This document shows, piece after piece, positions 44,335 through 54,261 of a stretch of 64,000 bases of DNA. The DNA lies in contig OY970216.1 in the NCBI GenBank assembly GCA_963713955.1, positions 378,252 through 442,251 on the forward strand. Direction: 5' to 3'. This DNA is from an uncultured bacterium. GTDB taxonomy: Bacteria > Patescibacteriota > Minisyncoccia > UBA6257 > GWB1-50-10. Within the stretch, counting starts at the first letter, position 1. Each line of letters begins with the position of its first letter. The notes under the pieces are model-generated. The model was not told the origin of the DNA, did no database searches, and saw only the letters and a program-made list of their open reading frames with translations. Position numbers and translations under genes: made by a program.

Positions 44335-45359
44335 TAATAAAAAAAGTGATAGGCGTTGATCTCGGAACCGATACGACCCAGGTATACTTGAAGGGCGTCG
44401 GCATTGTCGTGAACGAACCCTCGATCGTCGCCTTCAACAATCGGACAAACCGGATCGTGGCGGTAGGGTGGGAAGCAAAACGGATGCTCTCCCGCACTCC
44501 CTCCCATGTGACGGCGCTCCGGCCCATCACGAACGGGATCATAGCCGATTTCGACATGGCGAAGGAAATGATCCAGCGGTTTCTGAGAACCAAAATGCTC
44601 CCTTGGTCGTGGTTCACGGAAACGATCGTGAGCGTTCCGACCAACTTGACCGAAGTCGAGCGGAAATCGGTCGAAGATTTGTTCAAGGAGGTCGGCGTGA
44701 GCAAGGTGTATCTCGTCGAAGAGCCTATCGCCGCCGCCTTGGGGAGCGGACTCGACATCATGAAACCCACGGCGCATCTCGTCGTCGACGTGGGAGCCGG
44801 CACTACCGACATGGCCATCATTTCGTTGAATGGCATCGTCGTTTCCAAAAGACTGAAAATTGCCGGCGATTATTTCAATCAGGAAATCATGAAGGGAGTT
44901 AAGGATGAATTGAAGCTTTATATCGGCGAGCCGACGGCTGAGGAAATAAAAATGGCCGTTGGTTCGGCAGTCCCGCAGGCCGAGAAGCTCGACGTCAGCA
45001 TTCGCGGCAGGGACGCGGTAAGCGGGCTTCCCCGCGAGACCCTCGTGAGGGACACCCAAGTCCGTTATTGGCTTGCCAAGTCTCTCAAAATGATCGTTGA
45101 AACGCTTAAGGAACTCATAGATATAACGCCGCCGGAGCTCGCCGGTGACATTTACCGGAACGGCATAGACGTCTGCGGCGGCGGCAGTGCTCTCCGCGGC
45201 ATAAACCAGATGTTTGAGAAGGAAATAGGCGTCAACGTCCACGTGGTTGACGAACCGCTTCTCTGCGTCGCGCGGGGAGTGGGCCTCATCGCCGAGAACG
45301 CTTCTTTTTACGGCAACGTTCTTGAAAGCTTTTCCTCTCCTTCGTCCATCAAGCTATGA
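44331..45359 (+). CDS. mreB: MreB paralog (second actin-like rod-shape protein)
   Basis: IGVDLGTDTTQVY...EPSIVAF and DVGAGTTDMAIISLNG motifs. 342 aa. Confidence 0.8.
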   Translation: MIIKKVIGVDLGTDTTQVYLKGVGIVVNEPSIVAFNNRTNRIVAVGWEAKRMLSRTPSHVTALRPITNGIIADFDMAKEMIQRFLRTKMLPWSWFTETIVSVPTNLTEVERKSVEDLFKEVGVSKVYLVEEPIAAALGSGLDIMKPTAHLVVDVGAGTTDMAIISLNGIVVSKRLKIAGDYFNQEIMKGVKDELKLYIGEPTAEEIKMAVGSAVPQAEKLDVSIRGRDAVSGLPRETLVRDTQVRYWLAKSLKMIVETLKELIDITPPELAGDIYRNGIDVCGGGSALRGINQMFEKEIGVNVHVVDEPLLCVARGVGLIAENASFYGNVLESFSSPSSIKL

Positions 45360-46057
45360 ACGTTTTCAAGATTTCAGTCGTGGCTCTCGTCGTTCTCGTG
45401 ATTGCCGCGGCGTTTTTCTTTTTCCGGCAGGGGATAGCGGCTTTTTTTGAAAATCTCAGGATGGCGTTCGCGGGAAGCGTGAACGGAGATCTGAGTTACC
45501 GGAGCCTTTTGGATTTCAGACTTTCGCGGGAAAATTCCCTTCTCTCGGGTGCATCTTCGTCTGGGCCTGCTCCTTCCTCGACGATCGATGGATTCCATTA
45601 CCTCGACGCGAATGTCTTTTCCGATTATCCCTTCAATAACTATTCGCTCGTCGCCGTAAACGCTGGCGAGATCGAGGGCCTCAAGGAAGGGATGCCGGTT
45701 TTGGCCGCTCCCGGCGTGCTTCTCGGCAAGATAGTTTCCGTCGGGCCCCACAAGTCGGCGATTCAGACTTTTTTCGATCCTTCTTGGAAGAGCTCGGTTT
45801 TCGTGGGTACTGCCGGGACGAGAGGTCTTTTGGACGGCGGCGCTTCTCCCTCGGTGGATTTCATACCTAAAAACTCGACGACAACCGCGGGCATGGAGAT
45901 ATTCAACGCGGACAGCTCATATCCGCTTAACCTCCTCGTGGGGAGCGTGGATTCCGTCCAAGGCGTCAATAGCGATTTGTGGCTCCAAGCCAAGGTACGA
46001 GTGCCGTTCGATCTCTCGTCCTTGAACGATGTCATGGTAATCACCGATTTTCGATGA
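45356..46057 (+). CDS. mreC: rod shape-determining protein MreC (probable)
   Basis: N-terminal TM plus a beta-rich periplasmic domain, positioned after mreB. Confidence 0.5.
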   Translation: MNVFKISVVALVVLVIAAAFFFFRQGIAAFFENLRMAFAGSVNGDLSYRSLLDFRLSRENSLLSGASSSGPAPSSTIDGFHYLDANVFSDYPFNNYSLVAVNAGEIEGLKEGMPVLAAPGVLLGKIVSVGPHKSAIQTFFDPSWKSSVFVGTAGTRGLLDGGASPSVDFIPKNSTTTAGMEIFNADSSYPLNLLVGSVDSVQGVNSDLWLQAKVRVPFDLSSLNDVMVITDFR

Positions 46058-46521
46058 AGGAGGTTTATAAACCGCTCCTTTTTTTACTCCTCATTGCCGC
46101 TGCGGCTTTTGTTTTTGCATACCGTCTTCTTGCGATCGGAGGCATCAATCCCAATCTGCCCCTCATCGTTTTTTCACTGCTTGCGAGCGCCCCCGCGACC
46201 AGAAAGATGAATTTCTGGGAGTTTTTGCTTTTAGTCGTTTTATTCTCCGGTCTGCTTCTCCTCGTTTCCGATCTCTGGACGGCGGAAATCGCGGTGTTCT
46301 CGGCACTCCTCGTCGGCGCGTTTTACGCAAGTCGTTTTCTGACCGGTACTTGGCTTTACGATTTCTTGATAATGCAGGCGGCGATGAGCCTCGTTTTCTA
46401 CGGTTTGTCGGCCCTCATCCTGAGGGCACCTCTCGTTTCGGGTTTCATTTTTTATGAAATAGTTTACGATACGCTGCTCTCGTTGGCCGCCTACCCGCTT
46501 TTGCGGAAACTGGCACGGTGA
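46054..46521 (+). CDS. mreD: rod shape-determining protein MreD (probable)
   Basis: Polytopic membrane protein of 155 aa after mreC. Start at the internal ATG (MKEVYKP). Confidence 0.4.
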   Translation: MKEVYKPLLFLLLIAAAAFVFAYRLLAIGGINPNLPLIVFSLLASAPATRKMNFWEFLLLVVLFSGLLLLVSDLWTAEIAVFSALLVGAFYASRFLTGTWLYDFLIMQAAMSLVFYGLSALILRAPLVSGFIFYEIVYDTLLSLAAYPLLRKLAR

Positions 46522-46524
46522 GGG

Positions 46525-46810
46525 ACGAAGCAACCTCAAGCCCCTTCTCGCTAAAACCTCCGGATGCAAAAATTCTCCTCGCTCATCCTGGGAAACCGGC
46601 GAAATTTATCAAACTCAACCTAAAGGGATTCAGACAATGATAAATTTCTGTTTCCTCACGTCTTCGCTCAGGAATTTTTATGCATCCTCCGGCAAATCGC
46701 TCAAAGGGACTTGAGGTTGCTTCTTTGTGCAAGAATATTATGGGAAGATTCATTTTGCTAAAACTCGGGGATTTTGAGACGCCTTCCGGAAAAGCGTTCG
46801 AGAGGGTTTT
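46525..46810 (+). repeat. palindromic intergenic repeat, copy R5 (largest copy)
   Basis: Nested IRs CAACCTCAAGCCCC/GGGACTTGAGGTTG and CCGGATGCAAAAATT/AATTTTTATGCATCCTCCGG. The inner stem GAAATTTATCA...TGATAAATTTC covaries with other copies. Confidence 0.8.
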
Positions 46811-46851
46811 GGGTTACTTCTTTCTTTTTGTTTTAGAGTATAATTGAATAC

Positions 46852-48183
46852 ATGAATCCCGGAAGCAGAGTAAGCTTTACCCTGATCGAGCTCCTGGTCG
46901 TGACCCCGATACGAAAGGCGTTCCACGCCTTCATACGGGGTAAATCGCCATCCTCTTCTCCCAGAGCTTCTTTTACCTTGATTGAATTGCTTGTGGTGAT
47001 TGCAATCCTCGCCGTCTTAGCCACCGCCGTCGTCTTGGTCTTGAACCCTGCCCAGCTATTGGCCCAGGGAAGAGATTCAACTCGTTTGTCTGATCTTTCA
47101 GCCCTGAATAGTGCCCTCTCCCTCTTCCAAGCAGATCAATATACCCAGTCCTTAGGGACTCCAAATACCCTCTATATATCCGTTCCCGATACCACGTCCA
47201 CCTGTGCCAATCTGGGACTGTCTTCTCCTCCTATAGGATGGGCCTATCACTGTGTTCCAAGCTCTTCCTCAACAAGAGTAGACGGAACAGGCTGGATTCC
47301 CGTGAATCTTACCCTCCTATCATCAGGATCCCCTTTATCCAAGCTCCCGATAGACCCCGTGAATACCACAAGCACAGGATTCTACTATACCTACGTATCA
47401 GGAGGCTCCTATGCCTTATCCAGTGCCTTGGAATCACAGAAATACCTCAGTTCTACTGCATCCCAGGACCAAGGCTATGATCCTGGGAAGTATGAGATCG
47501 GTTCTGACCTATCCCTTATTGGAAGGAGTGAGGGATTAGTAGGATGGTGGCCTTTGGATGGGAGTCCCAATGATCAGAGCGGAAACAACAACAATGGGAC
47601 GTGGTTTGGTTCCATGATCGGAGGTTCTTACTATACGGGAGGGAAGATCAATCAGGCCGGGAACTTCAATGGGACGGATGACTACGTGAGTGTGGGGAAT
47701 TCACCAATTTTTGATATGGGTACAGGAAATATGACCATTAGCGCCTGGTTGAGTTCTTACACAGATCCTAGCAATTATGGTAATGTTGTTGGCAAGATAA
47801 GCTGGAACGGAGTTCTTGGTTACGGTATTGTAAATGCCTATGATACTGGCACCAACTGTGTTATGGGGTATATGGCGAAGAACGGCATCAGCGATCGTGT
47901 GGTAAACGATTCAACTGCCTATTGCCCATCGTCTGGGTCCTGGCACCTTTATACCACCGTGTTTAATCGCGTGTCTAACACGTTAGCTCTCTATGTTGAT
48001 GGGAGTTTGGTGAATAGTAAGAGTATTGCCGGTTATTCCGGCGTCGGCTTTACGAACACAGCTGCTGTTACGATCGGCGTCTATGATAATAATTACCTAA
48101 AATCGAATATCGACGATGTCCGCATCTACAACCGCACCCTCTCCGCCGCGGAGATTCAAGCTATCTACAACGCCCAGAAGTAA
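46852..48183 (+). CDS. type IV pilin-like/LamG fusion (paralog 3) with duplicated N-terminal FTLIELLVV segment
   Basis: MNPGSRVS FTLIELLVV TPIRKAFHAFIRGKSPSSSPRAS FTLIELLVVIAILAVLA. The 5' ~650 bp is near-identical to paralog 2. LamG C-terminus. Confidence 0.65.
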   Translation: MNPGSRVSFTLIELLVVTPIRKAFHAFIRGKSPSSSPRASFTLIELLVVIAILAVLATAVVLVLNPAQLLAQGRDSTRLSDLSALNSALSLFQADQYTQSLGTPNTLYISVPDTTSTCANLGLSSPPIGWAYHCVPSSSSTRVDGTGWIPVNLTLLSSGSPLSKLPIDPVNTTSTGFYYTYVSGGSYALSSALESQKYLSSTASQDQGYDPGKYEIGSDLSLIGRSEGLVGWWPLDGSPNDQSGNNNNGTWFGSMIGGSYYTGGKINQAGNFNGTDDYVSVGNSPIFDMGTGNMTISAWLSSYTDPSNYGNVVGKISWNGVLGYGIVNAYDTGTNCVMGYMAKNGISDRVVNDSTAYCPSSGSWHLYTTVFNRVSNTLALYVDGSLVNSKSIAGYSGVGFTNTAAVTIGVYDNNYLKSNIDDVRIYNRTLSAAEIQAIYNAQK

Positions 48184-48261
48184 GGCAGGGGGAATACTGC
48201 AAAGTTTACGCTCAAGCTTGATCTTTGCGAAAATAAGGACTTGCGATGTTCTTATTTTTAT

Positions 48262-48482
48262 GAAAGGGAGGAAACCGAGCCCCTCTCGAGCGATTTGCCG
48301 GAAGGCGTTTCAAAATCCCCGAGCGATGAGGAAGGAATGAGCACAATAGCGAATGTTTGAATCCCGCTGGTTTCATTAATGAAACCAAGGTTGAGTTCGA
48401 TATTGTGCGATGCAATTCCGACGAAGCGGTCGGAGGATTTTGACGCCTGGAGGTTTAAGTGAGAGGGGGCTCGGTTTCCTCT
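48262..48482 (-). repeat. palindromic intergenic repeat, copy R6
   Basis: Bounded by a GGAAACCGAGCCCCTCTC / GAGAGGGGGCTCGGTTTCC 18-bp IR. Inner stem GCACAATAGCG...CGATATTGTGC with a GGTTTCATTAATGAAACC insert. Confidence 0.8.
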
Positions 48483-48513
48483 GGTGGGGTTGTGGGGGTA
48501 AAATGAATAAGTC

Positions 48514-50373
48514 ATGAAAGATGATCTGAATTTAAGTGACGTTTTGACTGACAAATACGCGGAAGAGGATTTTCTTGAAGTGCCCTTGGCCGACAAGGCA
48601 TTCCGCTATTTTTTCTTGGTCGTAGGGTTTTCCTTCCTCGTCATTATGGGACGCGTTTTCTTCATCGGGGTTTTGAACAGCGGTTTTTACGAGAACAAAG
48701 CCGCGGCCAACGTGAGCGATTTGAGTGTCGAGGTGGCTCCCCGCGGCATCGTGAACGACACCTTCGGTAATCCGCTCGTCACGAACGTCCCGTCGTTCAA
48801 TGTCTTTGTTGCACCGGCCGATTTACCGAAGGATGACGCGTCAAAGATGGAAATCATTCGGGAAACGAGCCAAATACTGGGACTCAATGCAACGAGCGTT
48901 GTATCGGAGCTCGTTGGGAAAACATTCGCTCCCAACGACGAGATTGCCTTGAAGGATGACATCAATCACGACGAGTTGATACAATTGGCCTCTCAAAACT
49001 TGCCAGGAATCAAGATATTGCCCTCCTTCAAGATGGTGGACACAACGCCTCTCAAGTTTTCGCATCTCATCGGGTATTCATCTTTGGCTACGGCTGACGA
49101 CATAAAAGCAAACCCCGATCTCACGCCCAATGACAGTGTGGGGAAAACCGGTCTTGAGAGTTACTACGACAGCTATCTCCGAGGGAGCGACGGGAAAAAG
49201 GTTTTCCTGACGGATGCTGCCGGAAAGGTGAAGGGCGAAAATGTGGTCAAAAATCCGGTGCAGGGTGACACGTTGAATACCTACATAGATTCGGGACTCC
49301 AGAACTACTTCTACGACAGTTTACAGAAGGAACTCAACGCCCTCGGCAGGAACGTGGGAGCCGGGATCGCCATGAACCCGCAAAACGGTCATATTCTGGC
49401 GCTTTTTGATATCCCTGGATATGATCCGAACAACGTCGCAGATTATTTAAACGCCCCTTACCAGCCGCTGTTCAATCGGGCTATTTCGGGTCTTTACAGT
49501 CCCGGCTCGACGATCAAACCGCTCGTGGCCGTGGGGGCTCTCGCCTCGGGAACCTTGGATCCGAACCACGAAATATTCTCGCCGGGGTACCTCTACGTTC
49601 CAAACCCCTACGACCCGTCGCACCCCACCAAGTTCTTGGATTGGCAGTATCAAGGCTGGGTTGATCTCTCTTCGGCTCTCGCGAAATCGAGCGACGTCTA
49701 CTTCTACGAAGTGGGGGGCGGCTTCGGTGACCAGAAAGGTTTGGGGATTACGCGCCTCAAGGAGTGGTGGCAAAAGTTTCTTCTCGACGGGGAAACGGGA
49801 ATAGATTTGCCGGGCGAGCAAAGCGGCTTTCTCCCCGATCCGGCGTGGAAAGAAAAAACGAAACATTCCATTTGGACGATCGGTGACACGTACAACGTTT
49901 CAATCGGGCAGGGAGATCTCGTCATAACGCCGATAGAGCTCTTGAACTACGTGAGCGCGATCGCGAACGGCGGGAGATTCTATAAGCCGGAAGTCATGAG
50001 AAATATCGTGGACCAGAACGGCAACGTCGTCATCGAAAACAAACCGCAGGTTTTGAGCGACCTGAGTTCCGAAATCGGGAAATATCTGCCCCTCGTTCAG
50101 GGGGGAATGATCGACGGCGTTTCGAAGCCCTACGGCACGGCATACCTGCTCCATGACTTGCCGATTTCCGTTGCCGCGAAGACGGGCTCGGCTCAGGTTA
50201 AAAACAATGCGGAAACGAACGCGTTCTTCGTGGGCTACGCTCCTGCCGAGAACCCGGAGATCGCGATCGTGATTCTCGTCGAAAACGCCAAGGAGGGGAG
50301 TTTAAACGTCGTACCGGTAGCGCGGGACGTGTTTTTGTGGTATTATGAAAATCGTATAGCGAACCAAAAATAG
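48514..50373 (+). CDS. mrdA: penicillin-binding protein 2 (class B transpeptidase)
   Basis: SPGSTIKP (SxxK) and KTGSAQ (KTG) motifs, with an N-terminal TM. 619 aa. Confidence 0.85.
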   Translation: MKDDLNLSDVLTDKYAEEDFLEVPLADKAFRYFFLVVGFSFLVIMGRVFFIGVLNSGFYENKAAANVSDLSVEVAPRGIVNDTFGNPLVTNVPSFNVFVAPADLPKDDASKMEIIRETSQILGLNATSVVSELVGKTFAPNDEIALKDDINHDELIQLASQNLPGIKILPSFKMVDTTPLKFSHLIGYSSLATADDIKANPDLTPNDSVGKTGLESYYDSYLRGSDGKKVFLTDAAGKVKGENVVKNPVQGDTLNTYIDSGLQNYFYDSLQKELNALGRNVGAGIAMNPQNGHILALFDIPGYDPNNVADYLNAPYQPLFNRAISGLYSPGSTIKPLVAVGALASGTLDPNHEIFSPGYLYVPNPYDPSHPTKFLDWQYQGWVDLSSALAKSSDVYFYEVGGGFGDQKGLGITRLKEWWQKFLLDGETGIDLPGEQSGFLPDPAWKEKTKHSIWTIGDTYNVSIGQGDLVITPIELLNYVSAIANGGRFYKPEVMRNIVDQNGNVVIENKPQVLSDLSSEIGKYLPLVQGGMIDGVSKPYGTAYLLHDLPISVAAKTGSAQVKNNAETNAFFVGYAPAENPEIAIVILVENAKEGSLNVVPVARDVFLWYYENRIANQK

Positions 50374-50393
50374 TCGATCAGAAAAGAATAATT

Positions 50394-50855
50394 ATGGCTA
50401 AGAACTATTTAACGAAGGAGCGGTACGAGGAATTGAAACGCGAGCTTGACAGCCTCAAAATGGCAGGCCGCCAGTCGGTCGGAGAGCGGCTGCGGCATGC
50501 CAAGGAGCTTGGGGATCTCTCGGAGAATGCTGAGTACCAAGCCGTGCGGGAAGAGCAGAACCTTCTTGAGAAAAGAATAGCCGACCTGGAGGATTTGCTG
50601 GAAGACTCCTCGATCATCAGCAAATCCGAAGGCAGTGCCACGGTTAAAGTTGGATCCAACGTCAGCCTGAAGAAAGGGGAAAAAGAAGAGGTGGTATACA
50701 CCGTCGTCGGTTCGAGCGAGACGGATCCCGGAAGAGGTCTCATATCTAATGTTTCCCCCTTGGGAAGAGAGCTTTTGGGCAAAAAGGCGGGCGAGGCAGT
50801 CACGATTGATACGCCGAAGGGGAAGGTGGAATACACGATTCTAAAAATAGGCTAG
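50394..50855 (+). CDS. greA: transcription elongation factor GreA
   Basis: LTKERYEELKRELDSL coiled coil, LGDLSENAEYQAVREEQ, and a C-terminal FKBP-like domain. Confidence 0.85.
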   Translation: MAKNYLTKERYEELKRELDSLKMAGRQSVGERLRHAKELGDLSENAEYQAVREEQNLLEKRIADLEDLLEDSSIISKSEGSATVKVGSNVSLKKGEKEEVVYTVVGSSETDPGRGLISNVSPLGRELLGKKAGEAVTIDTPKGKVEYTILKIG

Positions 50856-50876
50856 CTACGAAATTGTAGAAAATTC

Positions 50877-52322
50877 ATGCTCGACGATATCATTGAAGAG
50901 AGAAAACAAAAACTCGAAAAGTGGAGGGCATTCGCCGATCCGTACCCACCGAGAGTGAAGAGGGATGCCGGCATCGGGACGATCCTTGGGAGTTTTTCGA
51001 AACTCGAAAAAGACGGAAAGAGAATCTCTGTTGCGGGGAGAGTGATGAGTGTGCGGGATCAGGGAAATATCATCTTCGCGGACATCCGGGATGAATCGGG
51101 TGGCATCCAGGCGGTTTTGAGCAAAAAAGAGACCAAGAATTTTTCGACGGTCAAAACATCCCTCGATGCCGGCGATTTCATTTCAGTTTCCGGCACTTTC
51201 TTTAAGACTAAGAAAGGCGAAAAAAGCATCCTCGCCAAAGAAATGCTCATCGTCGCGAAGAGCTTGCGGCCGATCCCCAAGGAATGGTTCGGGTTGGAGG
51301 ACATCGAGACGAAGCTCCGGAAGCGATATCTCGATTCGATCGTGAACCCCGAGATCAAGGAACTCTTCAAGAAGAAGAATCTGTTCTGGAGAACAGTTAG
51401 GGATTTTCTCATGGACGAAGGTTTTTTGGAAGTTGAGAATCCCGTTTTGGAAACAGTGCCGGGCGGGGCGGAAGCAGAGCCGTTCGTGACCCACCATAAC
51501 GCCCTCGATGAAGATTTCTATTTGAGGATCTCACTTGAGTTGCCCTTGAAGAAAATGCTCGTCGGCGGTTTCGAGAGGGTTTTCGAGCTCGGCCGCATTT
51601 TCAGGAACGAAGGCATCGACCGGGAGCACTTGCAAGATTATACGCAAATGGAATGCTATTGGGCCTACGCCGATTACAACGACATGATGAGACTTACGGA
51701 AAAGCTTTATAAAAAGATCGTGAAAAGTTTATGTCCCGGGATGAAATCGAAATCGGGGAACTCGATCATCAATTGGGGTGCGCAATGGAAAAAATACGAG
51801 TACTTCGACTTGTTCAAAAAGTATGCCGGCATGGATTTGAAGACCGCCTCTCTTGAGACGTTGCGGGAGAAAGCGAGAACATTGAAACTCGCTCCCGAAA
51901 GAGGAGCGGGGCGGGGGAAACTCATCGATCTCATTTACAAGAAAGCAGTGCGGCCGCGTCTCACGGAGCCTTCGTTCTTGATAAATCCGCCGGTTGAAAT
52001 AGAGCCGCTTGCGAAGCGGATTCCGGGCGACCCGTCGAGAGTTGAGCGTTTCCAGATCATGGCCGCGGGGACGGAGTTAGGCAAAGGTTTTTCCGAACTG
52101 AACGATCCTATTGATCAAAAGAAGAGATTTGAAGAGCAAGCAGCGTTGCGGGAGAAGGGTGATCGGGAAGCACAAATGATGAATGAGGATTTCGTCGAGG
52201 CTTTGGAATACGGCATGCCGCCGGCGGCAGGCTTCGGAATGTCCGAGCGGGTATTTGCGGTTCTCATGAATGTATCCATCCGAGAAGCCGTTTACTTCCC
52301 TTTGATGCGCAGGGATAAATAA
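50877..52322 (+). CDS. lysS: lysyl-tRNA synthetase (class II)
   Basis: ISVAGRVMSVRDQGNIIFADIRD OB domain, FLEVENPVLETVPGGAEAEPF motif 1, and GMPPAAGFGMSERVF motif 3. Confidence 0.9.
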   Translation: MLDDIIEERKQKLEKWRAFADPYPPRVKRDAGIGTILGSFSKLEKDGKRISVAGRVMSVRDQGNIIFADIRDESGGIQAVLSKKETKNFSTVKTSLDAGDFISVSGTFFKTKKGEKSILAKEMLIVAKSLRPIPKEWFGLEDIETKLRKRYLDSIVNPEIKELFKKKNLFWRTVRDFLMDEGFLEVENPVLETVPGGAEAEPFVTHHNALDEDFYLRISLELPLKKMLVGGFERVFELGRIFRNEGIDREHLQDYTQMECYWAYADYNDMMRLTEKLYKKIVKSLCPGMKSKSGNSIINWGAQWKKYEYFDLFKKYAGMDLKTASLETLREKARTLKLAPERGAGRGKLIDLIYKKAVRPRLTEPSFLINPPVEIEPLAKRIPGDPSRVERFQIMAAGTELGKGFSELNDPIDQKKRFEEQAALREKGDREAQMMNEDFVEALEYGMPPAAGFGMSERVFAVLMNVSIREAVYFPLMRRDK

Positions 52323-52330
52323 ATCAAGAT

Positions 52331-53596
52331 ATGTTGGACGTAAATTTAATCAGGAATGATCCTGAAAAAGTAAAAGAAGGCGTTCAGAGGAAGAAGATCG
52401 ATCCGAAACTCGTCGACAAGTTTTTGCGCCTGGACGAGGAATGGAGAACTAAGACGAAAGCCCTGGACGATTTGAGTGCCGAACAAAACGCCGTGAGCCG
52501 CGAGATGAGCCGGAATCAAGCGCAAGATTTGCTGAGTAAAGCCCAGCTTTTGAAACAAAGGATAAGCGATATTGAATCGGAACGCGACGTTCTCTCTTCC
52601 AAGAGGAATGATATTTTGAATAAGTTGCCGAATTTGCCATTTTCGGACGTTCCCGTCGGGAAAGACGAGACCGAAAACCGCGTCGTGAAGGAAGTGGGGA
52701 AGAAAAGGAGTTTCAAATTCAAGCCGAAGGATTATCTTTCTCTCGCGGAGAAGTTGGGTATCATAAATGTCAAGAAAGCGGCCGAGATAGCCGGCTCCCG
52801 GTTCGGTTATCTCATGGGCGACGCGGCGCTCCTGGAGTTCGGAATCGTGCAGTTGGCTTTCGAGACGCTCATAAAAGAGAAATTCGTTCCGGTCGTTCCG
52901 CCGGTCATGATTTCCCCTCAAGTTTACGGGGAAATGGGACGTTTGGCGGCCGATCAGAAAGAGGACAAATATTTCATTCCCAAAGACGAGCTTTATCTCG
53001 TCGGGAGCGCCGAGCACACCCTGGGACCCTTGGGGAGAGGAGAAATTTTCGAAGAGTCGACTCTTCCGAAGCGATATGTCGGGTTTTCCACTTGTTTCAG
53101 GAGAGAAGCCGGGTCTTACGGCAAGGACACGAAAGGAATTCTGAGAGTTCACCAGTTTGACAAGGTGGAAATGTATTCGTTTGTGAAACCGGAAGATTCG
53201 GAAAAAGAACACAAATTCTTGTTGAATATGCAGGAAAAGTTGGTTCGTGCCCTGGAACTCCCTTATCGGGTAATGGAGATATGCACGGGCGATATGGGAT
53301 GGACTGATGCCAGGCAGTTTGATATCAATACCTGGATGCCCGGCCAAGGAGAAGACGGCGAATATCGGGAGACTCATTCCTGCTCCAATACCACGGATTT
53401 TCAGACAAGAGGGATAAACGCAAAATATAAAGATAAAGCGGGGAAGAAGGAATTTTTGCATGCGCTGAACGCCACCGCTTTTGCAATCGGGAGAATTCTG
53501 ATAGCCATTATCGAGAATTATCAAACGGCGGAGGGGAACGTGGAAGTTCCGAAAGCTTTGAGGGAATATCTGGGCAAGGATGAGATAAAAATCTGA
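52331..53596 (+). CDS. serS: seryl-tRNA synthetase
   Basis: MLDVNLIRNDPEKVKEG start and FRREAGSYGKDTKGILRVHQFDKVEMYSF motif 2. Confidence 0.9.
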   Translation: MLDVNLIRNDPEKVKEGVQRKKIDPKLVDKFLRLDEEWRTKTKALDDLSAEQNAVSREMSRNQAQDLLSKAQLLKQRISDIESERDVLSSKRNDILNKLPNLPFSDVPVGKDETENRVVKEVGKKRSFKFKPKDYLSLAEKLGIINVKKAAEIAGSRFGYLMGDAALLEFGIVQLAFETLIKEKFVPVVPPVMISPQVYGEMGRLAADQKEDKYFIPKDELYLVGSAEHTLGPLGRGEIFEESTLPKRYVGFSTCFRREAGSYGKDTKGILRVHQFDKVEMYSFVKPEDSEKEHKFLLNMQEKLVRALELPYRVMEICTGDMGWTDARQFDINTWMPGQGEDGEYRETHSCSNTTDFQTRGINAKYKDKAGKKEFLHALNATAFAIGRILIAIIENYQTAEGNVEVPKALREYLGKDEIKI

Positions 53597-53622
53597 GATG
53601 AGTCGAAGAGAGAACCGGCGAT

Positions 53623-54255
53623 TTGAGTATGATTTTCAAAATAGCAAAGTTCATAGCCGGGGTTTTGATTTTGGCCGCCGTCGTCTATTTCGGTTACGTT
53701 TTCTATGAAAAATGGTATTCCTCCGGAGGGTTGAACGGCGTCGTTTCCAGTGCTGAGGAAAAGGCATCAGGGACTCTCAATGGGGCAAAAAATACGGTTG
53801 TTTCGGGACTGCAGTCGGTTCTCGCGAAGAACGCTTCCGACGTGGCAAAGTGGGCCGGCGATCAGATGTATTCTTTGGGAAAAAGTATCGCGGGTACCTC
53901 CTCTCTTTCCGGTGTTTCAAGCACTGAAACAGTGGGAACGAATTCTATTCCGTTTTTCAACAATCAAGTCATTGCGGCGCCTTCATCGAGCGAGAGCTCG
54001 TCCAGCGTGCCGCCGCCGACGGTTTCGATCATGACCGGCCTGAATCAGCAAATTTCCCTTTCCTTGGTTTCAGACGGCACTTACGAGGTAAACTGGGGCG
54101 ACGGCGTCGTTGAAGACGGCACCGGCAAGGGTTTGGATACCATAACGGTCATCGCGCACAGCTGGAGCAAGGCGGGGGATTATCCCGTCCAAGTGAAGAC
54201 GACCCAAGCGGGACAGACTTCTTCTTACTCGTTTCCGATAAGGGTGTTAGAATGA
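53623..54255 (+). CDS. hypothetical secreted/anchored protein with Ser-rich linker and PKD-like C-terminal segment
   Basis: N-terminal TM, an SSSESSSSVPPP linker, and YEVNWGDGVVEDGTG...HSWSKAGDYPVQV. Confidence 0.4.
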   Translation: MSMIFKIAKFIAGVLILAAVVYFGYVFYEKWYSSGGLNGVVSSAEEKASGTLNGAKNTVVSGLQSVLAKNASDVAKWAGDQMYSLGKSIAGTSSLSGVSSTETVGTNSIPFFNNQVIAAPSSSESSSSVPPPTVSIMTGLNQQISLSLVSDGTYEVNWGDGVVEDGTGKGLDTITVIAHSWSKAGDYPVQVKTTQAGQTSSYSFPIRVLE

Positions 54256-54261
54256 ATTTCG

